Origin: Zootoca vivipara
Taxonomy: Eukaryota
NCBI RefSeq assembly: GCF_963506605.1
Contig: NC_083288.1
Location: 29,264,001 to 29,328,000 of the forward strand
DNA: 64,000 nucleotides
Reading direction: 5' to 3'
Part shown: positions 35,598-47,418 of the stretch, piece after piece
How positions within the stretch are numbered: the stretch's first letter is position 1
Layout of the letters: each line of letters starts with the position of its first letter
Made by a program: the position numbers and the translations under genes
Notes under the pieces: model-generated
Seen by the model: only the letters and a program-made list of their open reading frames with translations
Told to the model about the DNA's origin: nothing
Database searches by the model: none

Positions 35598-36381
35598 TCC
35601 TATCCTATATAATAATGTCCAAGTTTTCCCTGCGTCCAAGCTGTCCCGTGTGTCCCTGGGTCACTGCGCATGTGCGCTAGGGATACAGGGATTGGACAGC
35701 AGAGACTGCGCGCGCGCACTCTCCCCCCCTCTGCCTCCTCCAACCGCCGCTCCCGCCGGACACCGCCTCACTGCAGGGCACGTCAGGGAAGCGAGGGTGG
35801 AGGCCGGCGAAAGCCTCCTCACAACCCTCCCTGGCCCGTGAGAGGAGCAGCGGTTGGAGGAGGCAGGGGGGGGGGGAAGAGTGCACGCGTCCTTCCTGTC
35901 GGCGGCTGGGGGAGAGGAAGGAAGGAGGAGAAAGCAGCGCTTTCTCCTCCTCCGTACCTGTCCCCCTGCCGCTGACAGCAAGGACGGGTACCAGGGTTCG
36001 GAGAAGCGCTGCGCAAGCGCTTCTCCGAACCCTGGGATGTCTGCTTCCTGTCAGCGGCTGCGAGAGAGGAACGGAGAAGGAGAAAGCAGCACTTTCTCCT
36101 CCTCCGTTCCTGTCCCCCTGCCGCTGACAGCAAGGACGAGTCCCAGGGTTCGGAGAAGCGCTGCGCAAGCGCTTCTCCTAACCCTGGGATGTCTGCTTCC
36201 TGTCGGCGGCTGCGGGAGAGGAACGGAGGAGGAGAAAGCAGCGCTTTCTCCTCCTCCGTTCCTGTCCCCCTGCCGCCGACAGCAAGGACAGGTCCCAGGG
36301 TTTGAAGAAGCGCTGCACAAGCGCTTCTCCGAACCCCAGGATGTTCTAGCGCCCGTTATTAAACGGGCTGAAAACCACTAG
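35598..36381 (+). mobile_element. Non-autonomous Helitron, CpG-rich, with a 152-bp x3 internal array
   Basis: 5' A|TCCTATCCTATATAATAA; subterminal hairpin GCCCGTT-ATTA-AACGGGC; 3' CTAG. Confidence 0.8.
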
Positions 36382-38966
36382 CAGCAAGAAAGGTTAATAT
36401 CACTGTCACATCACTGAAAATATTATGGGACCTCTTCTCCCATACTCATACCATCTCCTACAATTGGTGAATTGCACAGATCTTCTTCTTCCATTTAACT
36501 GGGGGTGCTGTGGACTTCTTACTTGTGGCGATGGCTGTCGGCCGGTACATAGCCATCTACGAACCACTGAGATATTTAGTTATCATGAACAGAGGAGTTT
36601 GTATAGGTTTGGTAGCTGGGTCATGGATCGGTGGCTTTGCTCACTCCATCGTCCAGATTGGAATTCTCATTCAGCTGCCTTTCTGCCAATCCAACATCCT
36701 GGATAATTTCTTCTGTGACATTCCACAGCTCATCAAACTGGCATGTGCTGATACTTATATCCCAGAGTTGCTGATGGTTTGCAACAGTGGACTGCTCCTC
36801 ACCTTGTTCTTCTTCATCTTGCTTGTGTCATACACTATCATCTTGGTGAAGATTAGAGCCCATATCACAGAAGGGAAGCACAAAGCTCTTTCCACCTGTG
36901 CGGCACAAATCATGGTCATGAGCTTAAACTTTGTTCCAGCAATGTTTATTTATGAGCAGCCTTTCAAGGTATTTCCAGGAGACAAGGTTGCCTCAGTGCT
37001 CTTCAGTCTTTTTACACCAATGCTGAACCCAATGATCTTTACGCTGCGTAATACTGAGATGAAAAACACAATTAGAAAGCTCACAAGAAATTTTCTGCTT
37101 TCTGGAAGGACAAAACCATCACTTTGTGTTCATGAAAGAGAGACATAGAACTTAAGCACCTTTCTTAAAATGTTTTCCTAAAAGTATATACTGCATTTTT
37201 AAAATTTATTTTGCGTTCTATTCCCATTCATATGATGTTGACTTCAATCACCCCCAGGAGCTCTCTCTCTCTCTCTCTCTCTGTGTCCATGCCCTTAAAG
37301 GCCTGTTCTACTGCCTATTCCACCTAAGTAATGGGCTGTGAGCCAAATTGGCAGCCTGTCCAGGCTGCTACAGCCTATGTGATGTTCCTGCATCACTCAT
37401 ATGTTTTATGCATGGGGCTGGGGCAGACATCCGTGTTTCAGAGCTGGGCATCCACACCTCGCCCTCTTCTCATTGCAGAAGCAGCTGCCTGTCTGAGCTA
37501 TCAATGTGACTTGCTGGTTGTTTTGGGTCCGAGTAGGAATTTTTTGTTGATCCACCTTGTTTGTGGGTTGTTGTTTTTTCCCGCCTACTCCATACTGATT
37601 AATTGGGTGCTGGGCATTAGATGGTCTGGGGTGCTATTAGTTTAGGGTTGCTATTGCAAAATCTTGGCTTTTAAAGGAAAATTATCATCATCATAATCAA
37701 AAACAAAAAACCACTTCCAATATGGGCTGCCTAAGACTTCCCAGATGTTTTAGCTGCTTTTCCAAAATTCTGCCCGACGATATTTCCGATCTTTGAATCC
37801 CAGCTATATCCAGGAAATTCTGAACCTACAGCAGCCCTATATTGATTAGACGAACCAGGTCTTTAATTTGGTCACTTTGGGAAGTTCAGGTGTGGGAGGG
37901 GAGTAGTTGTGTTATAGCCTGTGGACAAAGCTGGATTAACTATTAAGCAAAATTACCACCAAGATAATAGAAATGATGTAAGATTAGTTCTGGGGATCAG
38001 ATCAAAAACTTTGCAATTATAAAAAGCAGAAGACTATACAAAACCAAACATCATTTTCCATCATACGGTAGGTGTTGCTTCATTTCAAAAAATAAAACTT
38101 TATTGTGTGGTTTATTATTGTTTATATGTTGACTTAGATATACCGGGGGCATCAACATTTTTTAAAGTGCTTAGGGCCTCTAATGGTCTTAATGTGGCAC
38201 TACCTGGGGACCCTCTTATATATAGGGTTCCAACTTGGATAAAATATTGTGGCGGCCCAGGCAAGCCCTGCCATGCATAATCGATCACATGATACAGTTC
38301 ACACACACTATTTGAATGGGAATGTCCATTAACTTTGTGGGCGTCTAGCCCATCAAATATTTTATTGTGGGGGGTGAAACCCCCATGGTCACTAGCCGTT
38401 GGGTCCTATGACACACAGAGACAAAAATACCATAAGAGAAGGAGGAAAACGAATGGGAGATCATACAAAACATCAATATATCATCTAACATAACATTTAT
38501 GGGGGTGGGGAACCAACACACTCGCCATATAAGTGGTAAAAAATAATAAGGCTGGATAGTGACACCTCCAGTTCTTGCATTAGGGGTTTTGTTGCCCTAA
38601 GCTAGCTAAAGTTTTTTTTTTCCCAGGTTCTGGTTTGCTCCCGAACCAATAATGTTTCCTCTGCAGCAATTTTTATGGTATAAATAAATAAAGTGACTCT
38701 AGTTCGACTTATATGTATGTATGTATGTATTTATGTGTTGTTTACTATTTCTGTGATATCTTCCAAGCAGCAAGAAACGTTAATGTGCTTAATAATTATT
38801 GACATTTATTTGATTGGATTGGAAAACGTCCCCTGGACTTCATGCATGAATGGCTAAATAAACTTAAAATATCATCTTTCTGAAAATCGAACTAACCATG
38901 TGATGTTTTTATGTCAGATTTAGTGGATCTGAATCAATATTGCATATTGTATATACATGATGATAA

Positions 38967-39748
38967 AACCCCTTCTGCCGTAAAAGGAGTTGGGGTTTTG
39001 GGCGCCACAAGGCCCTCACGTTCTGGGGAATGGTTGCCATCCCCCCCCCAGCCCATTGGCTAGCTCCCGGATGGGTGCTCCCTTGGCGCGTCCAATCCGG
39101 ACGTTCCAAGGGGAGCGTGGCTCACTGATTTAAGCATGCGCGGCCGGGAGTCTGCCTCTCTTTTCTGGACCCCCCAGCCACTTCGTTTTCCCGCCCACCC
39201 TCTCTTTAGGCTTTTGACATTACTATGGACCTCGTTTGGTCGCTGTTGAGGGGCCTGGTAGGAATTTTCCCACTTGGCAAATTGGCTCTGGCCTGGTGGT
39301 TTTCGCCTACCTCGTAGCTACTTGTCACAACTTTGGTTTTTTGGCCAAAGGCATTGGATTATCTCTGAAAGGTTACAGATTGGGGGGGGGGGAGGTTGCT
39401 GCCATCACCTCCCCAAAAATGTGGAAGGGAACTCCTTAAGGGAGTCTGGGGGCCTGGCCATGTCTGAAGCTGTGGTAGGTGAGGGTCTAAGGCACACCCC
39501 CTAGTGGTGGCTCCAGCGTGAGTTCCTAGTTGATCTGCATCGCAGGGCTCACCCAACGGTGGTTAACCCTTCACAGACTGCCAGCAGAGCGGGCTGGAGT
39601 TGGGTATAGACGGTTAGATCCAATGCCTAAGCCAATACCTCTGAACACCCGTAATCAATAAAGTTGTGGCCTTTTACGCCCATTAACGTTATGCAATGTG
39701 TCCTGTGTCTTTATTTATTCTGGGAGGGATTGGGGTATCGCCACACAA
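38967..39748 (+). mobile_element. Non-coding Ngaro-type repeat remnant (probable solo A-B unit)
   Basis: Absent from the paralogous site at ~32323; ends ACACAA; shares GGGGCCTGGTAGGAATTTT and AATGCCTAAGCCAAT with 60183-61035, and GTTAACCCTTC.CAGACT with the Ngaro 3' region. Confidence 0.7.
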
Positions 39749-40426
39749 CACTAATTTCCAAAAGGATGACACCATCGCTATTACTGGGAAAACCAGCCAG
39801 ATGGGCGGGTTATAAATAACAAAATATTATTAAATTATTATGTGTTCATCAGAGAGGTCAATAGAGAGCTCTGCAAGCTGCACTGTCGTGTTACTAATAT
39901 AGTTTCTCCAATCATTATTATTATTTGTAGAGTTCCAAACCACTGTATGTCTAAATCAAAAACACTCCTGTTGCTTCTGGAAATTATTTTGCATAGGTTT
40001 CTACTTTGACTTTATCAAATCGGTTTGCACATCTTATTAACATTATATTTTTACAAAATCACATTCATTTTGTTTTATTTATTTTTAGGGTCCCAAGTCC
40101 CTGCATGTGTGGGTGAAGAACAGTTATGTTGGCATCAGGAGTATTTATTTATTTTTATAAATAAAGTGAAGTGGGTATATGATAAGCCAAGTATCTCTGA
40201 ACACCTTGTTCTCATCAAATGAATGACCAAAATTAAATATTAAATAACAACTCAAGGGGAGAAGAGCTGAGTGCAACCATAAACATATTTTTTTTCAACA
40301 TTTAGAATATTGTCCAATTTTCTTTTACCATAATTGACCCACCAACACCTTCAGAAATTTTCAAGTGGTTAGAGAGGCAGAATTTGGGGACCACTGTGCA
40401 AGCAGACATTCTAATCACATGCATCA

Positions 40427-41108
40427 TAGGCTTGCCATATTTCAAAAAGTATGATTCCTGACACCCTCAAACATACAAAAAAGCATCACACACACCCAAC
40501 GTCTACTAGAGCCGATTATTCTTCTAGCACGGAAAGAATGGGAGATTCCTTGTTGAGCCCCCCCCCCTTGCATTGGGAAGGTGGAACTGAGGAGGTAGGT
40601 TCCTTTGGACCTGCTCCTGAGCAAATACCACTGGCCATTTTAGATGAGCTCCTCGCCTCATGCTCTGTGTCCTGGAAAGAGGAGCTATTGTCCTCCTCGA
40701 GGCAGCAGTTGTGGCAGATCTGAGAAGATAATGTAGCAGCTCTTGAGGGGGGAAGAAGGCAGGGCAGGATAACTGAGTCGTCTTTATTTTCCTCCCTGGA
40801 CAGCTGCTGGGTGCTCAGGGCTGCTCTTGCCCTCTTTCCTCCACACTTCCCTACTCTTCCGTTGGAGCTGCTGCACGTGGAGAGAAGGGAGGCATGAGCG
40901 AACTTTGGGTCTCTCACGTAAGGGGGGGGGTATTCATTCTGCTGCTCAGTGGAAAAAACAACAACAGAAAACCTTAAAGAAATAAATTGGTTGTCATATG
41001 GCAGGAAATTCCAGACACCTCTTAAAATTCAAAATTCCCCCCAGGATTCTATTTTAGATCTCTGATTTCCTGGCATGTCTGGAATTTTCTGGGCATATGG
41101 CAAGCCTA
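40427..41108. mobile_element. Non-autonomous hAT (Tip100-like) element, 682 bp
   Basis: TIR TAGGCTTGCCATAT / ATATGGCAAGCCTA; TSD ATGCATCA / ATGCACCA. Confidence 0.85.
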
Positions 41109-41152
41109 ATGCACCAGAGATTTCTTAAGCCATACAAGCATATCTCTGTGTG

Positions 41153-41159
<7 letters not shown>

Positions 41160-41193
<34 letters not shown>
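41160..41193. repeat. (CA)n microsatellite
   Basis: Direct reading. Confidence 0.95.
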
Positions 41194-41195
<2 letters not shown>

Positions 41196-41660
41196 CATCC
41201 AGGTAAACAATGAGCATCATAATAGTTCAGGGATACGTGAGCTAGGCCAATGCACTTCTGGAGTGTCCATGTGGCCTGAGGGTGTGGATATTGTGGACTG
41301 GGCAGTCTTGAGCAAGGGTGGCCCACCCCATTTCACCTCCTGGGAATAAGCTGCTGCTTCCCACCCCCACTTCTGCTGCATGCCAAACTTAGCAAGAGGG
41401 GTCGCAGTCTGCAAGATGTTTATGCTTATCTTCTCCAGCCAAGGGGCAGGGAAGATGAGCAGCAAAGCCCTCCCATTTTGCTGAACTTGGCAGGAGGGGA
41501 GGTGTTCTGGTGGTGGTGGAAGTGATGAGGTGGGTGTTGCCTCTTGTACTTCTGCCACCTGTGGTGGGTGTTTCACCCTGCCTCACGGATTTGGTGTTGA
41601 GAACCAGACAGAGATGCTTACACAGGTGCATTTGGCTCAGAGATTCCCCACTATTACCTT

Positions 41661-41714
41661 TTGTTGTTTAGTCGTTTAGTCGTGTCCGACTCTTCGTGAC
41701 CCCATGGACCATAG
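41661..41714 (-). mobile_element. 54-bp 5'-truncated BovB 3' end
   Basis: Reverse complement of ~44910-44963; 12-bp TSD CACTATTACCTT (41649-41660, 41715-41726). Confidence 0.9.
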
Positions 41715-41742
41715 CACTATTACCTTACCTTACTTACTTATT

Positions 41743-44700
41743 CCCCTTCATGGATCAATGCCTTGTCGTGGCGAAGGGGCTTGAATAACTCAGAGAAGCT
41801 ATGAGCTATGCCATGCAGGGCCACCCAAGATGGACAGGTCATAGTGGAGAGTTTTGACTAAACGTGATCCACCTGGAGAAGGAACTGGCAAGCCACTCCA
41901 GTATCCCTGCCAAGAAAACTCCATGGACAAAGACAACAGGCATATAAAAGTTATGACGCTGGAAGATGAGCCCCTCAGGTCGGAAGGCGTCCAACATGCT
42001 ACTGAGGAAGAGCGGAGGACAAGTACAGGTAGATTCAGAGCTGATGAAGTGGCTGGGCCAAAGCCGAAAGGACACTCAGTTGCGGATATGCCTGGGAGCG
42101 AAAGGAAAGTCCGATGCTGTAAAGAAAAATATTGCATAGGAACCTGGAATGTAAGAACCATGAATGGAGGTAAGCTGGATGTGGTCAAAAATGAGATGAC
42201 AAGAATAAATATCGACATCCTGGGCATCAGTGAACTAAAATGGAAGGGAATGGGCGAATTCAGTTCGGGTGACGATCCTATCTACTACTATGGGCAAGAA
42301 TCCTGTAGTAGAAATGGAGTGGCCCTCATAGTCAACAAAAGAGTGGCAAAAGCTGTAATGGGATGCAATCTCAAAAATGACAGAATGATCTCGATACGAA
42401 TCCAAGGCAGACCTTTTAACATCACGGTAATCCAAGCTTATGCACCAACTACCGGAGCTGAAGAAAGTGAAATTGACCAATTCTATGAAGACCTACAACA
42501 CCTTCTAGAAATGACACCAAAGAAGGATGTTCTTCTCATTACAGGGGATTGGAATGCTAAAGTAGGGAATCAAGAGATAAAAGGAACAACTGGCAAGTTT
42601 GGCCTGGGAGTTCAAAATGAAGCAGGGCAAAGGCTAATAGAGTTCTGTCAAGAGAACAAGCTGGTCATCACAAACACTCTCTTCCAACAACACAAGAGAC
42701 GACTCTACACATGGATATCACCAAATGGGCAGCATCGAAATCAGATTGATTATATTCTCTGCAGCCAAAGATGGAGAAGCTCTATACAGTCAGCAAAAAC
42801 AAGACCTGGAGCTGACTGTAACTCAGATCATCAGCTTCTTATAGCAAAATTCCAGCTTAAACTGAAGGAAGTAGGAAAAACCACTGGGCCAGTAAGATAC
42901 AATCTGAATCAAATACCTTATGAATACACAGTGGAAGTGAGGAACAGGTTTAAGGATTTAGATTTGGTGGACAGAGTGCCTGAAGAACTATGGATGGAGG
43001 CTCGTAACATTATACAGGAGGCAGCAATGAAAACCATCCCAAGGAAAAGGAAATGCAAGAAAGCAAAATGGCTGTCCAACAAGGCCTTACAAATAGCGGA
43101 GGAGAAGAGGCAAGCAAAATGCAAGGGAGAAAGGGAAAGATACAGGAAACTGAATGCAGATTTCCAAAAAAACAGCAAGGAGAGACAAGAGGGTCTTCTT
43201 AAATGAGCAATGCAAAGAAATAGAGGAAAACAATAGAATGGGGAAAACCAGAGATCTGTTCAAGAAAATTGGAGACATGAAAGGAACATTTCGTACAAAG
43301 ATTACCATAATCAAGGACAAAAGTGGTAAGGACCTAACAGAAGCAGAAGACATCAAGAAGAGGTGGCAAGAATACACAGAGGAATTATACCAGAAAGATA
43401 TGGAGGTCTCGTACACCCCAGGTAGTGTGGTTGCTGACCTTGAGCCAGACATCTTGGAGAGTGAAGTCAAATGGGCCTTAGAAAGCACTGCTAATAACAA
43501 GGCCAGTGGAAGTGATGATATTCCAGCTGAACTATTTAAAATTTTAAAAGATGATGCTGTTAAGGTGCTACACCCAATATGCCAGCAAGTTTGGAAAACT
43601 CAGCAATGGCCAGAGGATTGGAGAAGATCAGTCTACATCCCAATTCCAAAGAAGGGCAGTGCCAAAGAATGCTCCAACTACCGCACAATTGCGCTCATTT
43701 CACACGCTAGCAAGGTTATGCTTAAAATTCTACAAGGCAGGCTTAAGCAGTATGTGGACCGAGAACTCCCAGAAGTGCAAGCTGGATTTCGAAAGGGCAG
43801 AGGAACCAGAGACCAAATAGCAAACATGCGCTGGATTATGGAGAAAGCTAGAGAGTTCCAGAAAAACGTCTACTTCTGCTTCATTGACTATGCAAAAGCC
43901 TTTGACTGTGTCGACCACAGCAAACTATGGCAAGTTCTTAAAGAAATGGGAGTGCCTGATCACCTCATCTGTCTCCTGAGAAATCTCTATGTGGGACAAG
44001 AAGCTACAGTTAGAACTGGATATGGAACAACTGAGTGGTTCAAAATTGGGAAAGGAGTACGACAAGGTTGTATATTGTCTCCCTGCTTATTTAACTTATA
44101 TGCAGAATTCATCATGCGAAAGGCTGGACTAGATGAATCCCAAGCCGGAATTAAGATTGCCGGAAGAAATATCAACAACCTCAGATATGCAGATGACACA
44201 ACCTTGATGGCAGAAAGCGAGGAGGAATTAAAGAACCTTTTAATGAGGGTGAAAGAGGAGAGCGCAAAATATGGTCTGAAGCTCAACATCAAAAAAACCA
44301 AGATCATGGCCACTGGTCCCATCACCTCCTGGCAAATAGAAGGGGAAGAAATGGAGGCAGTGAGAGATTTCACCTTCTTGGGCTCCTTGATCACTGCAGA
44401 TGGTGACAGCAGTCACGAAATTAAAAGACTCCTGCTTCTTGGGAGAAAAGCAATGACAAACCTAGACAGCATCTTAAAAAGCAGAGACATCACCTTGCCG
44501 ACAAAGGTCCGTATAGTTAAAGCTATGGTTTTCCCAGTAGTGATGTATGGAAGTGAGAGCTGGACCATAAAGAAGGCTGATCGCCGAAGAATTGATGCTT
44601 TTGAATTGTGGTGCTGGAGGAGACTCTTGAGAGTCCCATGAACTGCAAGAAGATCAAACCTATCCATTCTTAAGGAAATCAGCCCTGAGTGCTCCCTGGA

Positions 44701-44962
44701 AGGACAGATCGTGAAGCTGAGGCTCCAATACTTTGGCCACCTCATGAGAAGAGAAGAATCCTTGGAAAAGACCCTGATGTTGGGAAAGATTGAGGGCACT
44801 AGGAGAAGGGGACGACAGAGGACAAGATGGTTGGACAGTGTTCTCGAAGCTACGAACATGAGTTTGACCAAACTGCGGGAGGCAGTGCAAGACAGGAGTG
44901 CCTGGCGTGCTATGGTCCATGGGGTCACGAAGAGTCGGACACGACTAAATGACTAAACAACA
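41743..44962 (+). mobile_element. Full-length RTE-BovB LINE (APE endonuclease + RT), one frameshift and one nonsense codon
   Basis: GTWNVRT, GISE, YAPT, GDWNAKVG, QIDY, SDH (APE); QAGFR, FIDYAKAFD, GVRQGCILSP, YADD (RT). Frameshift in the A-run at ~43166-43172; TGA at 44639-44641; (CAA) tail; TSD ACTTACTTATT (41732-41742, 44963-44973). Confidence 0.97.
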
Positions 44963-45003
44963 ACTTACTTATTATTATGTTTTTATCCCACCTTTTTTCC
45001 AAT

Positions 45004-45408
45004 CAGGCACGTAGCACGGGAGGGGCGAAGGGGTCGGTCTGCCCCTAGCTCCACCACTCAGGGGGGCAGCGCCCCCGGCCCCTGGCCCGCCCCTCGCCTC
45101 CTCCGCCCGAGCAGGAAGAAGCAGAGCGCGCTACGGAGCAGGTTGCCGGGCAGTGGCGGTGGCGGCAAACCATGAGCAAGCCTCTCTGCGGCTTGCTCGC
45201 TGTTTGCCGGCACCGCCGCCACCCGCTTCGTAGCACGCTCTGCTTCAGAGCACGCTGGCCGAGTAGAGCAGCAGCGCCAACCCGGACAGACTTCGCATGT
45301 ACATCGTGATGTCATGACGCATGCATCGGGATGCATGCGCACTGCGGAGCAATGTCCCGCCCCCAGAGGATGCTGTCCCGGGCAGCCAAGCGGCACCGTT
45401 CATCACTG
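45004..45408. mobile_element. GC-rich non-autonomous hAT-like element inserted in a SINE
   Basis: CAG...CTG ends; TSD TTTCCAAT / CTTCCAAT. Confidence 0.65.
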
Positions 45409-45593
45409 CTTCCAATGAGCTCAAGGTGGTATACATGATTCTTTCCCTTCCCCCCAAAACCTCCCCAAAACCCTGTGCGGTAGGTTAGGCAGAGAGACAC
45501 CCAGGAAGCTTCATGGCTAAGTGGGAATTGGAACCCCGGTCTCCCATGCCTTCGTACAACACTCTAAATCACTACCCCAAACTGGCTCCTGGC
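45409..45593 (-). mobile_element. Old Squam3-like SINE body (its tail continues at 44963-45003)
   Basis: Minus strand GGAGCCAGTTTGGGGAGTGATTTAGAGTG..CCGGGGTTCCAATTCCC..GCCATGAAGCTTCCTGGGTG..CCACCTTGAGCTC. Confidence 0.65.
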
Positions 45594-45774
45594 AATAAAT
45601 GAACATGCTATTTATCAGTTCCTGTCTGGAGGCTTCAATACATAGGCAATGTTCAGCAGACAACATGCTGTTCATTTGGTTTTCATAATAATGATTTTTA
45701 TTACATTGAATCAATATTTTGTCAGCATTTTCAGTTCTAATGGTAATTTGCAGCAATAATAATGATACTATTAA

Positions 45775-45775
<1 letters not shown>

Positions 45776-45813
<38 letters not shown>
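45776..45813. repeat. (AAT)n microsatellite
   Basis: Direct reading. Confidence 0.95.
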
Positions 45814-47418
45814 CCTTGTGTTTGCATTTCCTCTTTGCCTCTTGTGGTTGAAATAATTGATATATAATACCTTCAAGGACCACAGTGATTCAATTAAACT
45901 GCTAATTGAATATCAGTTACACCTTTAGGGTAGAATGAAATTCTTTGCCATGGGAAAAATGGAGAGAAGAGTAGTGATGAGAATAAATGCCATTTTTGAA
46001 TCTTATTAATACAGTATAATCTTATTAATTGAATCTTATTAATAGCTATGTAATGGGCAACATTTCAAATGTTGGGAAATAACTGTATGATGGGTTACTG
46101 CATATAGGATTAAGCACTGGACTGATCTGTAAATCCCTAATACAAAAAATATTTCATTATTCACTCCATGTTATAAAATTCTGCATATAAATGCTTTGGA
46201 ATTGACTCAGGGATGTTTTGTCATAATTTGACCCTTAGGGATATATACCTATTGTATGATGAACAACCTTTCCCATATATTCTGTAGGAAATAGAGGTGT
46301 ACTGATTCAATCTCTACCAGGAAGGAAAGAACATAAGAGTATGACATAGGTAAGTGGCTTCTTAATTTCTCTAATACTTAAATTGAAACTTTTGAAAATT
46401 TAAGGAGTATGGAGTATTATTTTCCTCTCAGACCCATGCCCAATCTGCTTCAAATGGTAAAACTATTCCATGGCCCACAGAACCGGAGAACACAAAATTG
46501 ACAAATTACTTAGTGCTGTCAAATTGGAAATATGTGCTTTGTTTTCATCTCTGCAGCTATCTAAACGAGGCAAGACAGAGAACACGTAGGTCGATGTGAC
46601 CATCCACATTGTTGTCGTTGGTGTTAATGTCTTTGATATGCTGAGAAAAAAAATTATTTTTACAAACACATCAAGGAGCATAAGAGAAAGAAAGGGATAA
46701 GGATGGGAGATAAGGGTTTCCATGAGACACTGCGGGAACAGGTTACAGAGGAAAGACCTGAGAGAGGTACACGTGATTCTCTTTTCTTTCCTACTTCCCT
46801 TGTTATCTCTACTCATGTGCCATCCACTTTCTTTTTTCCTTTGTGTTGGCCTAAAATTCATTCTGAGAGGGAATTTCCTTCTAAAACAAAACAAAACAAT
46901 TTTTAAAAACTATGTATACTTTGGGCTGTATCGTGCATGCAGGGAGCTGCACTGGCCAGAACTGGACTTCCCATTCCTTTCTTATCACGATGCGGTCACA
47001 AAATCTGCTCTGATGAAGCCTTCAGTGCTCTGGAGCAGAAGCTGAAGGAGGGACTACAGAGGAAAGGAGGGGTGCAAACTGAAGTCTGTAATGTTAGCAG
47101 AACAGCAGCATTATAAAAATATTTCAACAATACACTGTACATACAGTTTCAAATGGAAGATGAATCACTTGGGATAAATTAAATGATAATCAGAACTGAG
47201 TCAAATTTGAGCACTTTGGTGTGTGCTTTCGATTACAAAATGGAACATTTAAGAAATTGAAAACATTTTTTTTTCATTTGGAAATTAATGGGATATATTT
47301 TTTAAAAAATTATTTAAAATGTTTAAGATAAGAATAAAGACCAGGTTCAAGACATTGCATAATGGGAATCAGTTTTTATATTGAATTATGCCAACTGCAA
47401 AACTTCCATGATCTATAG

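Larger units (their letters stand above)
34104..37148 (+). pseudogene. Split OR4D-like olfactory receptor (5' part 34104-34570; 3' part 36405-37148)
   Basis: The 5' ORF runs MEKNSTAVTEF..DRY..GFAHSI and then stops. The 3' part repeats 245 bp (with TGA at 36468 and DRY>GRY) and is then open to the stop at 37148. Confidence 0.92.

Noticed and set aside
35890-36345. Regularly spaced palindromes resembling a CRISPR array
   Set aside because: The intervening sequences repeat too (no unique spacers), there are no cas genes, and the array lies inside a eukaryotic Helitron.
34104-37148. Split OR as a genuine two-exon gene
   Set aside because: I found no convincing in-frame GT donor before the stop at 34575-34577 that pairs with an acceptor in the 3' part.
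29391-38306. Recurring small ORF (..YHVIDYAWQGLPG..) in four copies as a novel gene family
   Set aside because: It overlaps an old MITE inside a duplicated non-coding block, and starts and stops differ between the diverged copies.
12103-44928. Alternative-frame and antisense ORFs over V2R, OR, L2 and BovB coding regions
   Set aside because: Shadow frames of real coding sequence with no independent motifs.
41661-44963. 3.3-kb element with 55-bp terminal inverted repeats as a DNA transposon
   Set aside because: It is two separate BovB insertions, each with its own TSD.
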